A DNA stretch of 32,000 bases from Wolbachia endosymbiont of Cimex lectularius (GTDB taxonomy: Bacteria > Pseudomonadota > Alphaproteobacteria > Rickettsiales > Anaplasmataceae). Below the pieces are notes generated by a model, which was not told the origin of the DNA, did not search any database, and was given only the letters and a program-made list of their open reading frames with translations. The number at the start of each line of letters is the position of its first letter. The stretch's first letter is position 1. Where the stretch lies: contig NZ_AP013028.1 of NCBI RefSeq assembly GCF_000829315.1, positions 300,001 through 332,000 on the forward strand, in the 5' to 3' direction. Shown one piece after another: positions 28,471-32,000 of this stretch. Position numbers and translations under genes: made by a program.

Positions 28471-30852
28471 ATGCTCAATGCTAACAATGAAATTAATGTT
28501 AAGAAGGAAGAAAGAAAACACAGTTGGTCCACCGTGTTTGCTTGGTTATACCTAAAAACGATTGGACGAATATTGCCCAAAAGATGGAACAGATGGGCAG
28601 AAAATATTTTGTACTACGATAAAACTACTGCAAATAATGAAGTTCAAACTGATGCTTTTAAGACAGTAGATGAAAGTGTTCAAGTTGACTTAAAACCCGA
28701 AATTACAGAGAAAGAGAGCCAAAATGTAGTGATAAGCAAAGATGGAGGGGTTCAGACTGATGAAGTAGCATTTCAAGATACGGCAATGCAAACCGAATGC
28801 GTTGAAAAAATAGACAAAAACATTGAAGCTGACTTAAAACCTGAAGTTGCAGAAAAAGATGGTGAGATAACAAGTGAAGATGAAGGAATTTACTCTGAAG
28901 TAAGTGGTGGACCTACCGATGAAGACTGCTTTGATATTGAAGATGAAGGCAAATTGGCTTGGGACAATTACTATAAAGTGTACAGAGAAGATGATGAAGC
29001 ATTGCAATTGGATGATATGAGTCAGGAACTAGAACTTGAATGTTCACGCAATGCCCTCTTACAAAAGATAAATGAAGATTTAGAGTCTAAACTTGCAACA
29101 AGTAATGAAGGCTTGGTAAAAGCTATAGAAACGACAGCGCACCTGGAAGGAAAACTAACTACAATATTAGAGGAAGATAAGCAATTAAAATTGCAACTTG
29201 CAGAATATAAAAAGGATTACACAGAACTGAAAAATGTTTCAGATCAAATAGAAAAAGAGCTCTCGGTTGAGTTAGAGGAAAAGAAAAATGAAGTAGAGGA
29301 AAATTTAGTAGAGATGAGAAAAAAAGATGAAAAAATAAGTAGATTAACACGATTAAATAAAGCATTAGAACAAGATAAAAAAGCAATGCAGGATAAAGTT
29401 GATGAACAACAGCAAACTATATCTGAATTTAAATCATTTACTGATAAAAATGAGGCTGTTGAGAGGGATAATGAGAGCCTACGAATGCAAATCATGGGGC
29501 TTGAGAGTAAAGTTAGTGGGTTAGAAGGCAAAATTAGTAACTTAGGTTGTGAAAAAGGAGCTCTACAATCGAATGTAAATACATTGACTGCTCAATTGCA
29601 AAGTGTTCAAGAATCTAAACAACAACTGGAGGAAGAAAAGAGTAATATCGAGCAACAAAAACAAGCGGAGTTAGAGCAGACTATATGCAAGAATGCTAAA
29701 TTAGAAAGTAAAGTAAGTGAATTGCAAAAAGAAAAAGCCCAGTTTGAAGAGCAGTTAAAAGCTATGGAAGAAGAACGCAAAGCGCACAAGGAAAATCAGC
29801 ATGAGTTAGAAAGTCGATTAAAAAATTTAGGAAGTCAATTAAGTACAGCAACAAACAAGGAAAAGAACTTAGAAAATGATGTTGCTGAATTACAAAAGCA
29901 AGCGCAAGCTTTAGAAGGAAATAAAGAATGGGAGTTAGCTGGAATAGATAGTACCTTAAAGGAAACTTTTTTAACCATCATGGAATTGTTAGTGCAGCAA
30001 CTACTACTAAATAATCAAGAGCAATCTGTAAAAGAAAAAAAGTTAGAGGAGTTAACTTTGTCCTATAGTGATCAAGTACATCAGATTGCAGGCTTACAAG
30101 CAGAAAATCTCTCGTTAGAAGTGAAGAATGGAAAATTGCTATCTGTGATTGAACGATCTATAACAGAGGAAGCTGAAGTGAAGAAAATGGATGAAAAAGT
30201 AAGGCAAAATCAACATAAATTAATCGATCAAATAAAAAAATTGGAAGAAGCATTGAAAGAAAAAGACGCTCAGTACAAAGAGCAATTAAATGAAAATCAA
30301 CATGCATTAGGGAACTTAGAATATAAATTAGAGAGCTTAGAAAGTCAAAGCACTACGGCAAAAATGCAACAACGGAAAGATAGCTCCCACCAAGCGAATA
30401 TGAAATCAATGGCCAAAAGTGAAGCTGATTTATTTCAAAAAAATAAAGGAAGATTGGATAAACAGTTACAAAAAACAAAAAAAGAACCAGTTGAGCAGCC
30501 AAATGAAAAACTTACACCCAATGCTTTCATGAGTTGCACTAGCAGTACTACAAGATTAAAGAATAATTTGACTACTGAGAAAAAAGCAAGTGTTGTTAAG
30601 AAGCATATAAATAATCTATGTAATGAAAAATTTGTGCAGTCCTATACAAATTCTTTACCTGAAGATGCTCTGGAAAAGTCAATAAAAACTAAAGCAAAAT
30701 CCTTAGACTCAAGTAATGTTCAAAAACTGGCAAAAAATATAAGCAATGAATTTACGTTACCAAAAAATACAAACAGCATACCTAACTCTTTTCTGAGCCG
30801 CACTAGCAGCACCGCAAGCATAAACTCATTGAACGTTAGAGTAGGTTCTTAG
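28471..30852 (+). CDS. Large coiled-coil protein with N-terminal QT/QV motif array
   Basis: 793 aa; long heptad-rich region (about residues 180-690), acidic N-terminal region with EVQTD, SVQVD, GVQTD, AMQTE; C-terminal PNAFMSCTSST / PNSFLSRTSST pair. Confidence 0.9.
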   Translation: MLNANNEINVKKEERKHSWSTVFAWLYLKTIGRILPKRWNRWAENILYYDKTTANNEVQTDAFKTVDESVQVDLKPEITEKESQNVVISKDGGVQTDEVAFQDTAMQTECVEKIDKNIEADLKPEVAEKDGEITSEDEGIYSEVSGGPTDEDCFDIEDEGKLAWDNYYKVYREDDEALQLDDMSQELELECSRNALLQKINEDLESKLATSNEGLVKAIETTAHLEGKLTTILEEDKQLKLQLAEYKKDYTELKNVSDQIEKELSVELEEKKNEVEENLVEMRKKDEKISRLTRLNKALEQDKKAMQDKVDEQQQTISEFKSFTDKNEAVERDNESLRMQIMGLESKVSGLEGKISNLGCEKGALQSNVNTLTAQLQSVQESKQQLEEEKSNIEQQKQAELEQTICKNAKLESKVSELQKEKAQFEEQLKAMEEERKAHKENQHELESRLKNLGSQLSTATNKEKNLENDVAELQKQAQALEGNKEWELAGIDSTLKETFLTIMELLVQQLLLNNQEQSVKEKKLEELTLSYSDQVHQIAGLQAENLSLEVKNGKLLSVIERSITEEAEVKKMDEKVRQNQHKLIDQIKKLEEALKEKDAQYKEQLNENQHALGNLEYKLESLESQSTTAKMQQRKDSSHQANMKSMAKSEADLFQKNKGRLDKQLQKTKKEPVEQPNEKLTPNAFMSCTSSTTRLKNNLTTEKKASVVKKHINNLCNEKFVQSYTNSLPEDALEKSIKTKAKSLDSSNVQKLAKNISNEFTLPKNTNSIPNSFLSRTSSTASINSLNVRVGS

Positions 30853-31999
30853 CATAAAGTAACAACTCCTCTTTCGTTAAGGAATAGGAGTTATCTCCCC
30901 AATGTTGCTTTAACAACTCTAAACTTCTACCTAAACTTTTCCCCGACTGATAACCTATATTTATCAAATCATCGCCAGATAAAGGAAATTTCGGGATATC
31001 GAACACCTTAGCAAATGAGATGTATTCATCAACATTTGTTCCAGACTCAACACCACAGATTTTGACCAAATCACAATATAATTCCCTACCAAACAAGGAT
31101 ATGTATTTTTCTTGCTCCTTTTCTGAAAGCTCTGTTTTGATATCATTGGACAGTAAAAATAGCAGCTTTTTCCTTTGCTTGTTTGAAAGGCGTAAAAACT
31201 TGCTTATGTATTCTCCAAGGTTTTGCCTGTCTTCGGTAGTTTTAAGGAGCAACGCTAATTTTATTATCGCATCAGTACCAAAAAGAAGCGGTGAGGACAG
31301 AATTTTGCATTTTACTTCTTTTGGAATAATTTTTTGCAAAACATCAGATTTTTGCATGCTCTTAAGCGTTGGAGCGGGGTCATCACACTCTAGCAATTTA
31401 AACATTTCGTCTCTTATTCTCTCTCCAGAGAGGTTTTGGATCATGTGCGAATGCTTTTTGCATACGTCCAATATTTCATCACTCAAATTTCCAACGCATA
31501 TTTTTGCGTGAAAACGAAACACTCTTAAAATACGTAGATAGTCTTCCTTAATTCTATCTTCAGCATTACCTATAAAGTTTAACCTTCGCGCTTTTAAGTC
31601 CTGAGTACCACCAAAGTAGTCATATATATGGCCGTACTTGTCTGCATATAGGGCGTTAAACGTGAAGTCGCGCCTTGAAGCATCAGCTTGCCAATTGTTG
31701 GTAAACTCCACTTTCGCATGTCTACCGTCGCATTGAGTATCATACCTTAGCGTTGTGATCTCAAAAGATCTTTGGTTTAAAACTGCAGTGATAGTTCCAT
31801 GCTTTAAGCCAGTTGGAATAGTTTTTATATTGCGAAGTTTGAGCGCTTCAATCGCTTGATTAGGCAGTAGATTGGTAGCAAGGTCAATGTCGTGAATGTC
31901 ACACTGCAGAATCGAGTCCCTTACACACCCACCGACAAGCCTTGCCTCACTACCAAACTTCTCTATGGCATCAATGATTAAACTAGTTTCATGGTCAAC
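30836..31999 (-). CDS. cca: CCA tRNA nucleotidyltransferase / poly(A) polymerase family, 5' end outside window
   Basis: Frame is open to the window edge: RLVGGCVRDSILQCDIHDIDLATN..., RRDFTFNALYADKYGHIYDYFGGTQDLKARRLNFIGNAEDRIKEDYLRILRVFRFHAK. The listed ORF start at 31711 (GTG) is only the first start codon in the window. Confidence 0.94.
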   Translation of the reverse strand, partial: VDHETSLIIDAIEKFGSEARLVGGCVRDSILQCDIHDIDLATNLLPNQAIEALKLRNIKTIPTGLKHGTITAVLNQRSFEITTLRYDTQCDGRHAKVEFTNNWQADASRRDFTFNALYADKYGHIYDYFGGTQDLKARRLNFIGNAEDRIKEDYLRILRVFRFHAKICVGNLSDEILDVCKKHSHMIQNLSGERIRDEMFKLLECDDPAPTLKSMQKSDVLQKIIPKEVKCKILSSPLLFGTDAIIKLALLLKTTEDRQNLGEYISKFLRLSNKQRKKLLFLLSNDIKTELSEKEQEKYISLFGRELYCDLVKICGVESGTNVDEYISFAKVFDIPKFPLSGDDLINIGYQSGKSLGRSLELLKQHWGDNSYSLTKEELLLYAKNLL

Positions 32000-32000
32000 T

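Noticed and set aside
28471-30852. Coiled-coil protein considered as an SMC/chromosome-partition or myosin-like homologue
   Set aside because: No Walker A/B or ABC signature; similarity would be generic heptad composition only.
31711-31711. GTG at 31711 as the true start of cca
   Set aside because: The frame continues upstream through the essential GGCVRD...DIDLAT nucleotidyltransferase motif to the window edge, so the start is outside the window.
1-32000. Search for phage WO modules, ankyrin-repeat genes, cif-type genes, rRNA, tmRNA and RNase P RNA
   Set aside because: None recognised by eye. The only phage-type gene is the isolated HK97 prohead protease; small RNAs cannot be excluded without covariance models.

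Overview
The window looks like a chromosomal segment of an AT-rich, Wolbachia-like (Rickettsiales) endosymbiont. That assignment rests on gene content, IS type and intergenic repeats, and I could not check it against a database. Most of it is core genes: typA, an Rpn/PD-(D/E)XK family gene, an apbC/mrp-type ATPase, a ubiH/coq6-like gene, an Smr-domain gene, a SpoU/TrmH methylase, a BAX-inhibitor-1 family gene, cox11/ctaG, comF-like, murE, metC, bolA, dnaK, rne/rng-like, rpmG, an XRE protein, a CAU tRNA, a frameshifted purB, a dciA-like DUF721 gene, rpmB, lipA, a dac-type carboxypeptidase, an HK97-type prohead protease, a large coiled-coil protein and cca. There are two copies of one IS5-family element; one is cut by the window edge and the other is damaged. 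Two observations stand out. (1) A dispersed family of intergenic modules occurs at six loci. Each starts with a sigma70-like promoter with exactly 17 bp spacing and carries one or two copies of a conserved 3' block (eight blocks in total), which looks like a multicopy noncoding transcription unit. (2) The 793-aa coiled-coil protein has four VQTD/VQVD/VQTD/MQTE motifs just after its N-terminus, with the glutamines spaced 12, 24 and 12 residues apart. This resembles tandem binding sites for the eukaryotic dynein light chain LC8 and suggests a possible host-motor-binding effector. Other notable items are an in-frame loss of the PRPP-binding segment in the ComF-like protein, a one-base poly-A frameshift splitting purB with its stop overlapping a tRNA, a bolA-metC-murE overlapping operon, an orphan HK97 prohead protease, a collagen-triplet protein, and a hairpin repeat whose loop is inverted between copies.
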